Assembly: GCA_965204725.1 (NCBI GenBank)
Contig: OZ242005.1
Location: 832,001-896,000 of the forward strand
DNA: 64,000 nt
From: Candidatus Latescibacterota bacterium
Lineage (GTDB): Bacteria > Latescibacterota > UBA2968 > UBA8231
Direction of reading: 5' to 3'
The position numbers and the translations under genes were made by a program. Shown here one piece after another: positions 20,165-29,989 of the stretch; positions within the stretch are counted from its first letter, which is position 1, and the number at the start of each line of letters is the position of its first letter. Under the pieces are notes generated by a model. That model was not told the origin of the DNA, did no database searches, and worked only from the letters and a program-made list of their open reading frames with translations.

Positions 20165-21397
20165 ATGAACAAAACCGATTTGATCGAACTAATCCGCAAC
20201 GGCGAGGACTCAACCCTAGAGTTCAAGCGCGACGACATCCATAACTACGATCTAGCCAAGGAACTGGTAGCGTTCCTCAATCTCGAAGGCGGCACCGTCC
20301 TACTCGGGGTTGAGGACGATGGGCAGATTTCGGGAACATCCCGCGAGCGTCTTGAGGAGTGGGTTGCCGAACTCTGCCGCGTCAAAATTGAGCCACCGGT
20401 CGTGCCGCTGCTTTCATGGGCGAGAGAGGCCGAGCTGGGTCGGGATGTTCTCGCCATTGGCGTCACGCATGGTCCCGACAAGCCTTATGCCTGCATTCAC
20501 AAAGGCCACAAAACGTACTACATCCGCGTCAGCAACACCTCGCGGGAAGCGAGCCGCGAGGAACTTGAGAGAATGTACCAAGCGTCCGGTCGTTTGCGTT
20601 ACGGCCTAAAGCCGGCTCCAGGTGCCAGCTTCGAGGCATTCGATCGTGGCCGGCTGCGCGATTACCTGACCCGCGTTCTCAACGCGCCGGTCCCGGCTAA
20701 GGACGATCTAGACGGTTGGGGGACGCTATTGCGAAACATCAAGTTGATGACGGTGTCCGCAGGCCAGTTTGTCGCGACCATTGATGGCTTGCTTCTCTTC
20801 GGACTAACGCCGAATCGGTACGTGCCGCAATCGGGCATTCGAGCTGTTTGCTACGTGGGCCGGGAGCCGGATTATGCAACCCGTGCGGATGAGGATCTCA
20901 AAGGTCCTATGGTTCCGCTGTGCGATCCCGATAATGGAGAGTTTGTCAAGCTGGGGCTGGTAGATAAGGCGTGGGATTTCGTGCGGCGCAATACGACGCC
21001 TTCCGCCCATTTGGAAGGGGCGCGGCGGATTGACCGCTGGGAATTTCCCGAAGAAGCGGTGCGCGAGGCCGTGGTCAATGCCCTAGTACACCGCGATTAC
21101 AGCATCGCGGGAACGGACATCATGCTGGCCATATTCTCCGATCGCCTCGAAGTGGTCAGCCCGGGCCGCTTGCCCAACACGGTGACGCCGGCCGGGATGC
21201 GATTGGGGCAGCGCTACGCCCGCAATCAGACGCTAGTCAACGTGATGCGCGACTACGGCTATGTGGATGCTCGTGGCATGGGCGTACGGAATAAGATCAT
21301 TCCCGGCATGTTGGCCCACAACGGCACCGAGCCGGACTTGATTGAGGAAGAGAACCGCTTCATCGTGCGCCTGTGGAAGGAGCGTAGCACAGTGTAA
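20165..21397 (+). CDS. Schlafen/AlbA_2 + HATPase_c_4 (RecG-like) protein
   Basis: GEDSTLEFK, AFLNLEGG...LGVEDDG, REAVVNALVHRDY, SPGRLP, GMGV. Confidence 0.88.
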   Translation: MNKTDLIELIRNGEDSTLEFKRDDIHNYDLAKELVAFLNLEGGTVLLGVEDDGQISGTSRERLEEWVAELCRVKIEPPVVPLLSWAREAELGRDVLAIGVTHGPDKPYACIHKGHKTYYIRVSNTSREASREELERMYQASGRLRYGLKPAPGASFEAFDRGRLRDYLTRVLNAPVPAKDDLDGWGTLLRNIKLMTVSAGQFVATIDGLLLFGLTPNRYVPQSGIRAVCYVGREPDYATRADEDLKGPMVPLCDPDNGEFVKLGLVDKAWDFVRRNTTPSAHLEGARRIDRWEFPEEAVREAVVNALVHRDYSIAGTDIMLAIFSDRLEVVSPGRLPNTVTPAGMRLGQRYARNQTLVNVMRDYGYVDARGMGVRNKIIPGMLAHNGTEPDLIEEENRFIVRLWKERSTV

Positions 21398-21647
21398 TGG
21401 TAAGGCGACAAACGACAGGGCTCGGCCTTTCGACGATTTCATCCGCTACGAACCGCTACGCGAAGTCAATATCCCTCGTCAGATGGGAGTTCCCCATCCC
21501 GAAAGTCAACCGCTTCAGCTTTATAAGTTTCTGATGACGCTTTCAAGACAGCTAGATCAGGGAAGATGCACGATGTGTCTAGGTTGCTCAGATTACGCCG
21601 ATACTTTTCGTGTGGTGCGCGTCGAGAAAATAGAGGTATTCTTGCGG

Positions 21648-21834
21648 TTCATTGTGACCCACTGCGCCAGCGCGCCAGTGCTTCAGGAGCCTATCGAAAA
21701 TCCCGTGCGGTTCCCGTGGCACGAGGTCACCCAAGTCGCCCACTACTATCTGAGCGTTGACGCGCTCAAGCAGCCGGTGGAAATTCGGGAAGGTCAAAAG
21801 ACCTCCGAAAAATGGAAAACACGCGATAAATGAG
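21648..21834 (+). repeat. Helicase 3'-end direct repeat, copy 2 (longer remnant)
   Basis: Encodes IVTHCASAPVLQEPIENPVRFPWHEVTQVAHYYL... Confidence 0.9.
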
Positions 21835-21843
21835 AGGACCAAA

Positions 21844-24543
21844 ATGGAGACCATATCGAGTGTGAGGGCTAAAGACTCCATCGCCTTGCCAGCGGGTGCT
21901 GTATTTCATCGGTGCGCCCTCCAAGTAAACCCACACAGCTACGGCGGAACCTTCCGAGGGCAGCAAACCAGCGGCGATGCCCGCGAGCACGCGAAAGCCA
22001 TTGTCGAGCAGGCGGTCGAAATCGGCGTCTCCGTGCTCGCCATCACCGATCACAACGACGCGAGCGGAGTCGCCGCCTTCCAAGAAGCCGCCCAACATAC
22101 CAACGTCACGATATTCCCCGGTTTCGAGCTTTCTTCGTATGAAGGCATTCACATCCTGTGCATCTATCCGCCGGATACTAGCCAGAATCGTTTGAATCGG
22201 TTTCTCGGCAAGTTCGAAATTCAAGAAACCGGCTCTTCGGCGAATCTGTCGAGCGAGTCGTTCGACGAGGTGCTCGCAATGGTCCAGAAGCAGGGCGGAG
22301 TCGCCATCGCCGCGCACGTGACAAACGCCAAAGGGCTTTTCAAAGTGCTCAAAGGCCAAGCTCGGATCAACGCATGGTGTGCTAAAGACCTGCTCGCGAT
22401 CCAGATCCCCGGGCCTGTCGCCGCCCTGCCCTCCGAGGTACGCCCAATTATCCAGAACGAGAATCCAGACTATCGGCGAAACCACCCCGCAGATAAAAAT
22501 CTAGCCGTAGCTGCGATCAACGCGAAGGATGTCGTTAAGCCGAGCGATCTGAAAGACCCTTCGGCTACATGCTGGATCAAGATGTCCGAGATCACGATTG
22601 AGGGGCTACGGCAGGCTTTTCTCGATCCCGGGTCGAGAATTCGACTGGCCAGCGACTCCCCGCCCGACGAACATGCCGAACTCGTTTCGCTGACTTGGGA
22701 AGGTGGCTTTCTGGATGGTGCATCCATTCGCTTCAATCCGAACATGAATGTCTTAGTCGGCGGGCGCGGCACCGGCAAATCAACCATCATCGAGAGCCTG
22801 CGCTACGCGCTCGGATTGGAGCCTATCGGCGAGGAGGCAGACAAGGCCCACAAAGGAATCGTGCGCCAAGTGCTTCGCAACGGGACGAAAGTTTCGCTTA
22901 TCGTGTGCTGCAACCGCCCGACGCCACGCGAGTACCGCATTGAGCGGACCGTTCCAAACCCGCCCGTGGTGCGCGATGAATGCGGCAAGCTATCGAACCT
23001 GCTTCCAAAAGAGGTGCTCCCTCGCGTCGAGGTGTACGGGCAGCACGAAATCTCCGAACTCACCAAGAGTCCCGAAAAGCTCACGCGCCTTCTCGACCGC
23101 TTCGTCGAGCGAGACCATTCCTCGGCCCAGCGCAAGGCCGATCTCCGTCGAGAACTCGAGAAGACGCGGCGGTCCATAGTAGAGGTATGCGCCGAGCTCC
23201 AGCAGATCGAGGATCGTCTAGCCGCCCTGCCAAGACTTGAGGAGACCCTGCAACGCTTTCAGGAAGCAGGTCTTGAAGATCGCCTGCGCGAACAGAGCTT
23301 GCTCGTGCGCGAGGAGCGAGTGCTCAATTCGATGCCCAAGCGCCTACAGAATTTCCGCGAATGCCTCGATCTTCTCCGCCAAGAGCTCCCGATCGATCGG
23401 GTGTTCTTGTCTGAAAGGGCACTCCAAGATCTGCCGGGTAAGAAAATTCTTGCGAGCGGCAATGACATATTGGAAAGCCTGAGCACGGATCTCGATAAAT
23501 TGGCGGGTCAATTTGCAGAAGCACTAAAGCAAGCAGATGAAGGGATCGCCGAAATCCGCTCTCGCTGGAACGAGCGCCAGAAAAAGGTTCAAGCCGCCTA
23601 TGAGAAAATTCTGCGCGAGCTTCAGAAATCGGCAATAGACGGGCAAGAGTTCATTCGTCTTAGGCACGAAATCGAGAACCTTCGCCCGCTCGGGGAACGC
23701 AAGTCCTTATTGAAACGGTTAGAAAAAGAACTCCTCGAACGACGGCGCACACTGCTTGCCGAATGGGAAGAGATCAAAGCGGAGGAGTTCAGGAATTTGG
23801 ACAGAGCCGCGCAAGAAGTCAGCAAGGAGCTGCTCTCTCGCGTCCAAGTGGAGGTCGCCGCCGCAGGTGACCGCGAGCCGCTGCTCCGGTTGCTCCGCGA
23901 CGAGATCGGTGGCCGTCTCTCCGAGGCATTAGCCATCCTCGCCCAAGAGGAGGACTTCTCTCTGCCGCAATTCGTCGATAGCTGTCGGACGGGCGCGGAT
24001 GCCGTTCACCGAGCCTACAAAATTCCACCAGCCCAAGCGCAGCGGCTTGCCGAGGCGTCGGCCGAAACTTTGATGCTCGTTGAAGAGCTGGAACTTTCCC
24101 CCGCGACCACAATCCAGCTCAACACGGCTCCTTCCGACAAACCGCCGTCATGGCAAGCACTCGAAGCACTCTCAACGGGCCAAAAAGCGACCGCTGTGTT
24201 GCTGCTCCTCCTGCTAGAGTCCGATGCTCCGCTCATCGTCGATCAGCCCGAGGACGACCTCGACAACCGATTCATCACCGAAGGGGTGGTTCCCAAAATG
24301 CGCGAGGAGAAATGCCGGCGCCAATTCGTTTTCTCGACCCACAACGCCAACATCTTGGTGCTTGGGGACGCCGAACTGATCGTTGGCCTCACTGCCACTG
24401 GAGGTGGAGACGAGGGGAATGCCTACATTGATCCCAAACATATAGGATCCATTGATGCACACCCGGTGCGGGAAATGGTTGAGGAGATTCTCGAAGGTGG
24501 CAAGGATGCTTTTGAGCGTCGTCGCCGGAAATACGGATTCTGA
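21844..24543 (+). CDS. PHP phosphoesterase + SMC-like ABC ATPase (TrlF/Ppl-like defence protein)
   Basis: AITDHN, PGFE, IAAH; GGRGTGKST; coiled coil; LSTGQK, IVDQPEDDLDN, STHNAN. Confidence 0.85.
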   Translation: METISSVRAKDSIALPAGAVFHRCALQVNPHSYGGTFRGQQTSGDAREHAKAIVEQAVEIGVSVLAITDHNDASGVAAFQEAAQHTNVTIFPGFELSSYEGIHILCIYPPDTSQNRLNRFLGKFEIQETGSSANLSSESFDEVLAMVQKQGGVAIAAHVTNAKGLFKVLKGQARINAWCAKDLLAIQIPGPVAALPSEVRPIIQNENPDYRRNHPADKNLAVAAINAKDVVKPSDLKDPSATCWIKMSEITIEGLRQAFLDPGSRIRLASDSPPDEHAELVSLTWEGGFLDGASIRFNPNMNVLVGGRGTGKSTIIESLRYALGLEPIGEEADKAHKGIVRQVLRNGTKVSLIVCCNRPTPREYRIERTVPNPPVVRDECGKLSNLLPKEVLPRVEVYGQHEISELTKSPEKLTRLLDRFVERDHSSAQRKADLRRELEKTRRSIVEVCAELQQIEDRLAALPRLEETLQRFQEAGLEDRLREQSLLVREERVLNSMPKRLQNFRECLDLLRQELPIDRVFLSERALQDLPGKKILASGNDILESLSTDLDKLAGQFAEALKQADEGIAEIRSRWNERQKKVQAAYEKILRELQKSAIDGQEFIRLRHEIENLRPLGERKSLLKRLEKELLERRRTLLAEWEEIKAEEFRNLDRAAQEVSKELLSRVQVEVAAAGDREPLLRLLRDEIGGRLSEALAILAQEEDFSLPQFVDSCRTGADAVHRAYKIPPAQAQRLAEASAETLMLVEELELSPATTIQLNTAPSDKPPSWQALEALSTGQKATAVLLLLLLESDAPLIVDQPEDDLDNRFITEGVVPKMREEKCRRQFVFSTHNANILVLGDAELIVGLTATGGGDEGNAYIDPKHIGSIDAHPVREMVEEILEGGKDAFERRRRKYGF

Positions 24544-24551
24544 GGTGAACC

Positions 24552-25787
24552 ATGAACAAAACTGATTTGATCGAACTAATCCGCAACGGTGAGAGTTCCG
24601 GCGTGGAGTTCAAGCGCTCTGACGTTCTCCCCGAGCGACTCGCCACTGAAATCGCCGCCCTACTCAACCTAGAAGGTGGTCACATTCTCCTCGGCGTCGA
24701 GGACGATGGATCGGTTTCTGGTCTCACCCGCGAGCCGAGCGAAGTCGAAGAATGGGTGATGGAAACTGCGCGTACCCACATCCTTCCGGCGACGATCCCC
24801 TACTGGGAGACCGTGGACTGGGGAGAGGGGAAAACCGTCGGCATAGTATCGCTTCCTAGCGATGCGCCGGATAAGCCGTACAAGGCTAAACGTGGCAAAG
24901 CTTGGGGGACGTTCGTGCGTGTTGGTAGTACTTCACGAGAGGCAAGTCGCGATGAAGAAGGACGCCTCTACCAGTCAGCCCATATCATGCGCTATGACAT
25001 CAAGCCCGTACTTGAGACGGGACTGGAGGAACTCGATCTGGACCGAATCGGGAACTACTTTCGTGTCATCCAGAAGCGCGATGTGCCAACGGCGCAGAAT
25101 ACCGAGGAATGGCGTCGAGTTCTTGTGAGTATTGATCTTCTTGCGGAAGCGGCGGGAACGACTGTCGGAACAGTCGCGGGCTTGCTCCTCTTTGGCAAGA
25201 ACCCGAACCGCCGGCTGCCACAATCGGGCATTACGGCGGTGGCGTTCCCAGAAGATGAAAAGGAGTACAATACTGTAGATGAAGAACTGATTCGAGGTCC
25301 TCTAGTTTCGATGTTATCGGCAAAAAAAAGAGTTGTGGATAAGGGGGTCATTGACCGAGCGGTAGATTTCGTGGCCCGCAACATGGGCTCTGTCGCGTGG
25401 CTCGATGGTGGAAGGAGACGCCGCAAGAAGTCGCTTCCACGGGCCGCGATTCGTGAGACCATCGTGAATGCAGTTTCACACCGCGATTATACGCTCACCG
25501 GCACAGACATCGAAGTCTCCTTATATCGCGATCGCCTAGAAGTAATCTCGCCTGGGCGTCTTCCTAATGGAGTGACGATAGAGAAGATGAAGGAAGGTTT
25601 ACGGGCCGCCAGAAATGAACTGCTAAAAGAAATCCTTCGAGATTACGGCTATGTCGATCATTTCGGCATGGGTGTACGCAATCGGATTATTAGGGCTATG
25701 CGCGACCACAACGGCACCGAGCCGGACCTGATTGAGGAAGAGAACCGCTTCATCGTGCGCCTGTGGAAGGAGCCGAAACCATCGTGA
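24552..25787 (+). CDS. Schlafen/AlbA_2 + HATPase_c_4 protein, paralog 2
   Basis: GESSGVEFK, LGVEDDG, RETIVNAVSHRDY, SPGRLP. Confidence 0.88.
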   Translation: MNKTDLIELIRNGESSGVEFKRSDVLPERLATEIAALLNLEGGHILLGVEDDGSVSGLTREPSEVEEWVMETARTHILPATIPYWETVDWGEGKTVGIVSLPSDAPDKPYKAKRGKAWGTFVRVGSTSREASRDEEGRLYQSAHIMRYDIKPVLETGLEELDLDRIGNYFRVIQKRDVPTAQNTEEWRRVLVSIDLLAEAAGTTVGTVAGLLLFGKNPNRRLPQSGITAVAFPEDEKEYNTVDEELIRGPLVSMLSAKKRVVDKGVIDRAVDFVARNMGSVAWLDGGRRRRKKSLPRAAIRETIVNAVSHRDYTLTGTDIEVSLYRDRLEVISPGRLPNGVTIEKMKEGLRAARNELLKEILRDYGYVDHFGMGVRNRIIRAMRDHNGTEPDLIEEENRFIVRLWKEPKPS

Positions 25788-25823
25788 TCGTCCGCACTTG
25801 CAAATGCTAATGGGATTAAAGAG

Positions 25824-26138
25824 ATGCTCGAACAAGCGATTTTGGACGACATTATTCGCCGCATTGTAGAGGTGGCTCAACCGGAAAAGATCATTCTCTT
25901 TGGGTCGGCCGCACGGGGCGACCTAGGACCGAACAGCGACGTGGACTTGCTCATCATAAAGGAGGGAGCGGACGCACTTGAACTCATGGGCGATATATAT
26001 ATGAATCTCGATGGCGTCGGTGCAGCCGTCGATGCTATCGTCGTCACGCCCGACGATGTAGAGCGGTATAAGGACACCCACGCGCTGGTGATAAAGCCCG
26101 CTCTACAGGAAGGAAAGGTGGTATATGAAGCCGCCTGA
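25824..26138 (+). CDS. Minimal nucleotidyltransferase (MNT) antitoxin
   Basis: ILFGSAARGD...SDVDLLII. Confidence 0.88.
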   Translation: MLEQAILDDIIRRIVEVAQPEKIILFGSAARGDLGPNSDVDLLIIKEGADALELMGDIYMNLDGVGAAVDAIVVTPDDVERYKDTHALVIKPALQEGKVVYEAA

Positions 26139-26514
26139 ACGCTTCCCTCCCGAGGACCCGCGGGAGTGGATGAATCGCGCCAGAAGCAATCTGGTTCGGG
26201 CAAAAGACCGCACTCCCGGTGCCTATCTCGAAGACTTGTGCTTTGATGCACAGCAAGCCGCTGAGAAAGCGATTAAGGCGGTGATGCTCAAGCGCGGCAT
26301 CACCTTTCCCTACGTGCATGATTTAGCCCGATTGCTTTCCCTGCTCAAGGAAGCAGGCGAAACGATCCCGGACGCTGTCGGACAGGCCAGAAAGCTCACT
26401 CGATTTGCCACAGTCACTCGCTACCCTATAGCCCAAGCCGTCACCGAACAGCATTATCTGGAGGCACTAGCCATCGCCGAAGCTGTCGTCCGCTGGGCCG
26501 AGGAACTCATATAG
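26125..26514 (+). CDS. HEPN domain protein
   Basis: CFDAQQAAEKAIKA, HDLARLL, TRYP; overlaps the MNT gene. Confidence 0.85.
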   Translation: MKPPERFPPEDPREWMNRARSNLVRAKDRTPGAYLEDLCFDAQQAAEKAIKAVMLKRGITFPYVHDLARLLSLLKEAGETIPDAVGQARKLTRFATVTRYPIAQAVTEQHYLEALAIAEAVVRWAEELI

Positions 26515-26586
26515 CGAATTCTCCAGACAGTGTCTAGAGAATCTTCGCTGGGCAGCGTCGCCGCGCACTTTCCACTTCCTTGGTCT
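26515..26586 (+). pseudogene. Short remnant resembling YhcG/DUF1016 N-domain
   Basis: RILQTVSRESSLGSVAAHFPLPWS resembles the recalled QTxSxxS...FPLPWS segment of DUF1016. Confidence 0.45.
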
Positions 26587-26612
26587 GTGCAAATGCTAAT
26601 GGGATTGAAGAT

Positions 26613-26990
26613 ATGCTCAAACAAGCGATTCTGGACGACATTATTCGCCGCATTGTGGACGTCGCCCAACCGGAGAAGATCATACTCTTCGGATCGGCTG
26701 CTCGCGGCGACATGAACCGCCATAGCGATGTCGATCTGCTCATTATAAAAGAATGCGCGAACCCGCTTGAACTCATGGGGCAGATTTATCAGAACCTGCA
26801 CAGGGTTGGCGCAGCAGTTGACGCCATCGTCGTCACGCCCCAGTCGGTCGAGCGCTACAAGGACACCCACGCATTGGTCATCAAACCAGCCCTACGCGAG
26901 GGAAAAGTGGTGTATGAAGCCGCCAGCGAAAATTGGCAACTCAAACGCGATGGCACTGAACGTGGCATCGTCGAAATCACGGGGGAATGA
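26613..26990 (+). CDS. Second MNT, read-through fused to an unrelated tail
   Basis: Near copy of 25824-26138 including upstream tgcaaatgctaatgggatt; stop lost; tail WQLKRDGTERGIVEI. Confidence 0.75.
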   Translation: MLKQAILDDIIRRIVDVAQPEKIILFGSAARGDMNRHSDVDLLIIKECANPLELMGQIYQNLHRVGAAVDAIVVTPQSVERYKDTHALVIKPALREGKVVYEAASENWQLKRDGTERGIVEITGE

Positions 26991-27196
26991 TCATGATTGC
27001 AAACGATCGCGAACTCGACGTCACCCTCGGACGAATCGCGCATTTTCAGCGTCAAATAGCCCATCTACGCAATATGGAAACTCATCCTGAAAATTACCGC
27101 GGCTCCGTGTCGGGATTTCTCGCTGAGGTCGACCGAATGCAGTTGGAGGTCCGTGAATATCTCAGCATGCATCCGGCCGAACTGGAGCGCGGGTGA
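26987..27196 (+). CDS. Small helical hypothetical protein
   Basis: ATGA-coupled to the upstream ORF, GGGGG RBS; 69 aa. Confidence 0.6.
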   Translation: MIMIANDRELDVTLGRIAHFQRQIAHLRNMETHPENYRGSVSGFLAEVDRMQLEVREYLSMHPAELERG

Positions 27197-27271
27197 GCAC
27201 TTGATGACGCCGAACCGACAGCTCAGCCGTGCCAGCACTATCCTGCCTCGGCAGGAACGGAAAGAGAATTC

Positions 27272-29847
27272 ATGATCCCCCGCGAATGCAAACGTCTAGC
27301 TGAAGTTGATTTTCCCATTGCTGAGGTTTCTAAGCATGCGGCGCGGGAGAAGTCGATTCGGCATGGGCATCCGAGTACGTTGCACTTGTGGTGGGCGCGG
27401 CGGCCGTTGGCCTCGTCGCGGGCGGTGTTGCTGGCGTTGCTGCTGCCAGACCCGTGCGACGCGCACTGCCCGGAGGGCTTTAAGCAGCAAGCGCGGAACA
27501 TTCTGCGCGAGGTGCGGCAACCACCGGCGAATGATGCGGGACTGCGGCAGGGGTTGCTGGCGTTCATCGCCAACTTTGCCAACTGGAAGAATGCGGCGGA
27601 TCGCACCCATCTCAACGTGAGCCGGGCGCTGGTGCAAGCGGCGCATGGCGAGGAGCCGCCGCTCGTGGTCGATCCGTTTGCCGGCGGCGGGTCGATTCCG
27701 CTGGAGGCGTTGCGGCTGGGGTGCGAGGCGTTTGCCAGCGATCTAAATCCGGTGGCGTGTCTGATTCTCAAGGTGATGCTGGAGGATATTCCGCGGCACG
27801 GGCCGGGGCTGGCCGAGGAGTTGCGTCGGGTCGGCGGCGAAATTAAGCGGCAGGCCGAGCGGGAGTTGGCCGATCTATATCCCAAGGACGCGGACGGGGC
27901 CACGCCGATTGCCTATTTGTGGGCGCGCACGGTGCGTTGCGAAGCGCCCAACTGCGGCGCGGAGATTCCCCTGATGCGTTCGTTTTGGTTGTGCAAGAAG
28001 GCCAAGCGCAAGCGGGCGTTGCGGCATCGAGTGGAGCGTGGCGAGGGGGCGGCACCGAGCGTCGAGTTTGAGGTGGTTGAGCCGCAGGCGGATAGAGAGG
28101 TGCGCGGCGGCACGGTGGCGCGAGCGCGGGCTACGTGTTTGTGTTGCGGCGTGGTGCTGCCGCCGGAGCGGGTGCGGGCGCAGCTTGCGGCTCAACGGGG
28201 CGGCGCGGATGTGGTTTTTGACGCGGAGGGACAGCGGACGGGTGGGGCGCGGATGACGGCGGTGGTGACGTTGCGGCCCGGCGAGACGGGGCGGCATTAT
28301 CGGCTGCCGACGGACGCGGATTATGCGGCGGTGCGAAAGGCGCAGGAGCGGGTGGCGCAGGTTCTGGAGGAATGGGAACGAGGCGGGCGGCAGGGGCTTT
28401 GCCCGGTGCCGGATGAGCCGTTGCCGCCGATCGGGACGCTGGGCTTTCGTGTGCAGCGATATGGCATGATGCAGTGGGGGGATTTATTTACGGCGCGGCA
28501 GAAGGTGGCGTTGGTGGCGTTGGGAAAGTTGACGAAGAATTCATCAAGCGAGCAGCATATTATTCTCTTTCTTGCGTTGGCAATTTCGCGTTTTATGGAT
28601 GATTTCTCATCGCTTGTGCGTTGGATGGATAGAGAGACGCCTGCCGCAACATACACCCTACAGGCACTGCCTATAAAATGGGATTTTTGTGAGATTGACC
28701 CGTTCGACAAGGCGTCATGGAGTCTGACAAGTTCGATAGATTGGGTAGCAGCTCCGTCGTCTTTGCCCACAAAACGACGGAAGGATGGGAAGCGTTGCTC
28801 TCCGGCATGATTCGCGGCGGCTGGACGATTACCGGCTCTTGGCCGATCGCTACAGAGAGGCCAAGTCGCCCACGCGCCCGCGATTCCGCCGCCCTCGCCA
28901 CCAGCGTCCACCTCATTTGCCGCCCCCGCCCCGAAGACGCCCCCATCGGCGATTGGGCCGATGTCCTGCGCGAACTGCCAACCCGCGTCGCCGAGTGGAT
29001 CGACCGCTTGCAAGCCGAAGGCATCCGCGGTGCCGATCTGGTCTTCGCCTGCATCGGCCCGGCCCTCGAAATTTTCAGCCGCTACCGCGCCGTCGAAACC
29101 GCCGAAGGCGACATAATCGGCCTGCCCGATTATCTGGAGAAAGTCTGGGAGGTCGTCGGCCGCGCCGCCCTGCAACAAGTGCTCGGCACGGCCGAGGCGC
29201 AAACGCACGGCGCATTGGAAGCGGACGCCCGCCTGACCGCCCTCTTCCTGTGGACGCTCCAGAGCACAACCCCTGTTGCAGAGAATCAGGAACAAGACGA
29301 CGAGGCCGACGAAGAAGCCGTCGCCAAAGCCGCGGCCACGGGATTCGCGCTCCCCTTCGACGTCGTGCGCCGCTTCGCCCAGCCCATGGGCATTGACCTC
29401 GCCGCCCAAACCGACCGCATCATCGGCCAAGAAAAGGGCGTCGTCCGCCTCCTACCCGTAGCCGAGCGCGCCAAAAAGCTCTTCGGCGAAGACGGCGCGG
29501 CCGCCGCGGCCACTTACCTCGAAAGCGGAGCCAACGCGCAACAGACGCTATTCCCCGCCTATCAGGAAGGCGCACCCACCCTCGTCTGGGAGCCTCCACC
29601 GCGCTACGATGAATCCCCCGACGCCCCCCTTTCCGCCACTCTCGGCGACACCACCCTCGACCGCGTCCACACCGCCATGCTACTCCAATCCAGCGGCCAC
29701 GCCACCGCCCTGCGGACGCTAATCAGCGCCGAGCAAGATCGCGGCCCCGACTTCCTCCGCCTTGCCAACGCCCTATCCGCCCTCTACCCTCAAGGCTCCC
29801 CCGAAAAACGCCTCCTCGACGCCATGCTGCTGGCGGTGCCGAGGTGA
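27272..29847 (+). pseudogene. DUF1156 adenine methyltransferase, internally deleted and frameshifted near 28750
   Basis: HLWWARRPL, DPFAGGGSIPLE, CxxxxC/CxxC Zn motifs in ORF 27272..28810; VVFAHKTTEGWE...LLDAMLLAVPR in ORF 28717..29847; no DPPY motif. Confidence 0.85.
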
Positions 29848-29989
29848 CGCGCTATTCAGAGATCAGGCGTACAACGGAGATTTGCCATAGGAGGTTGACG
29901 CAAAGTAAGAATTCTGGTTGAGTACTCTAAAAATCGAATCATACAAGGAGGCAACATGAATAGAATTCCAGAAAGGAGAGGTCCACTCC

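Noticed and set aside
21342-21833. 163-aa ORF as a real gene
   Set aside because: Overlaps the AlbA_2 end and appears to be a chimera of unidentified scraps plus the helicase-end repeat
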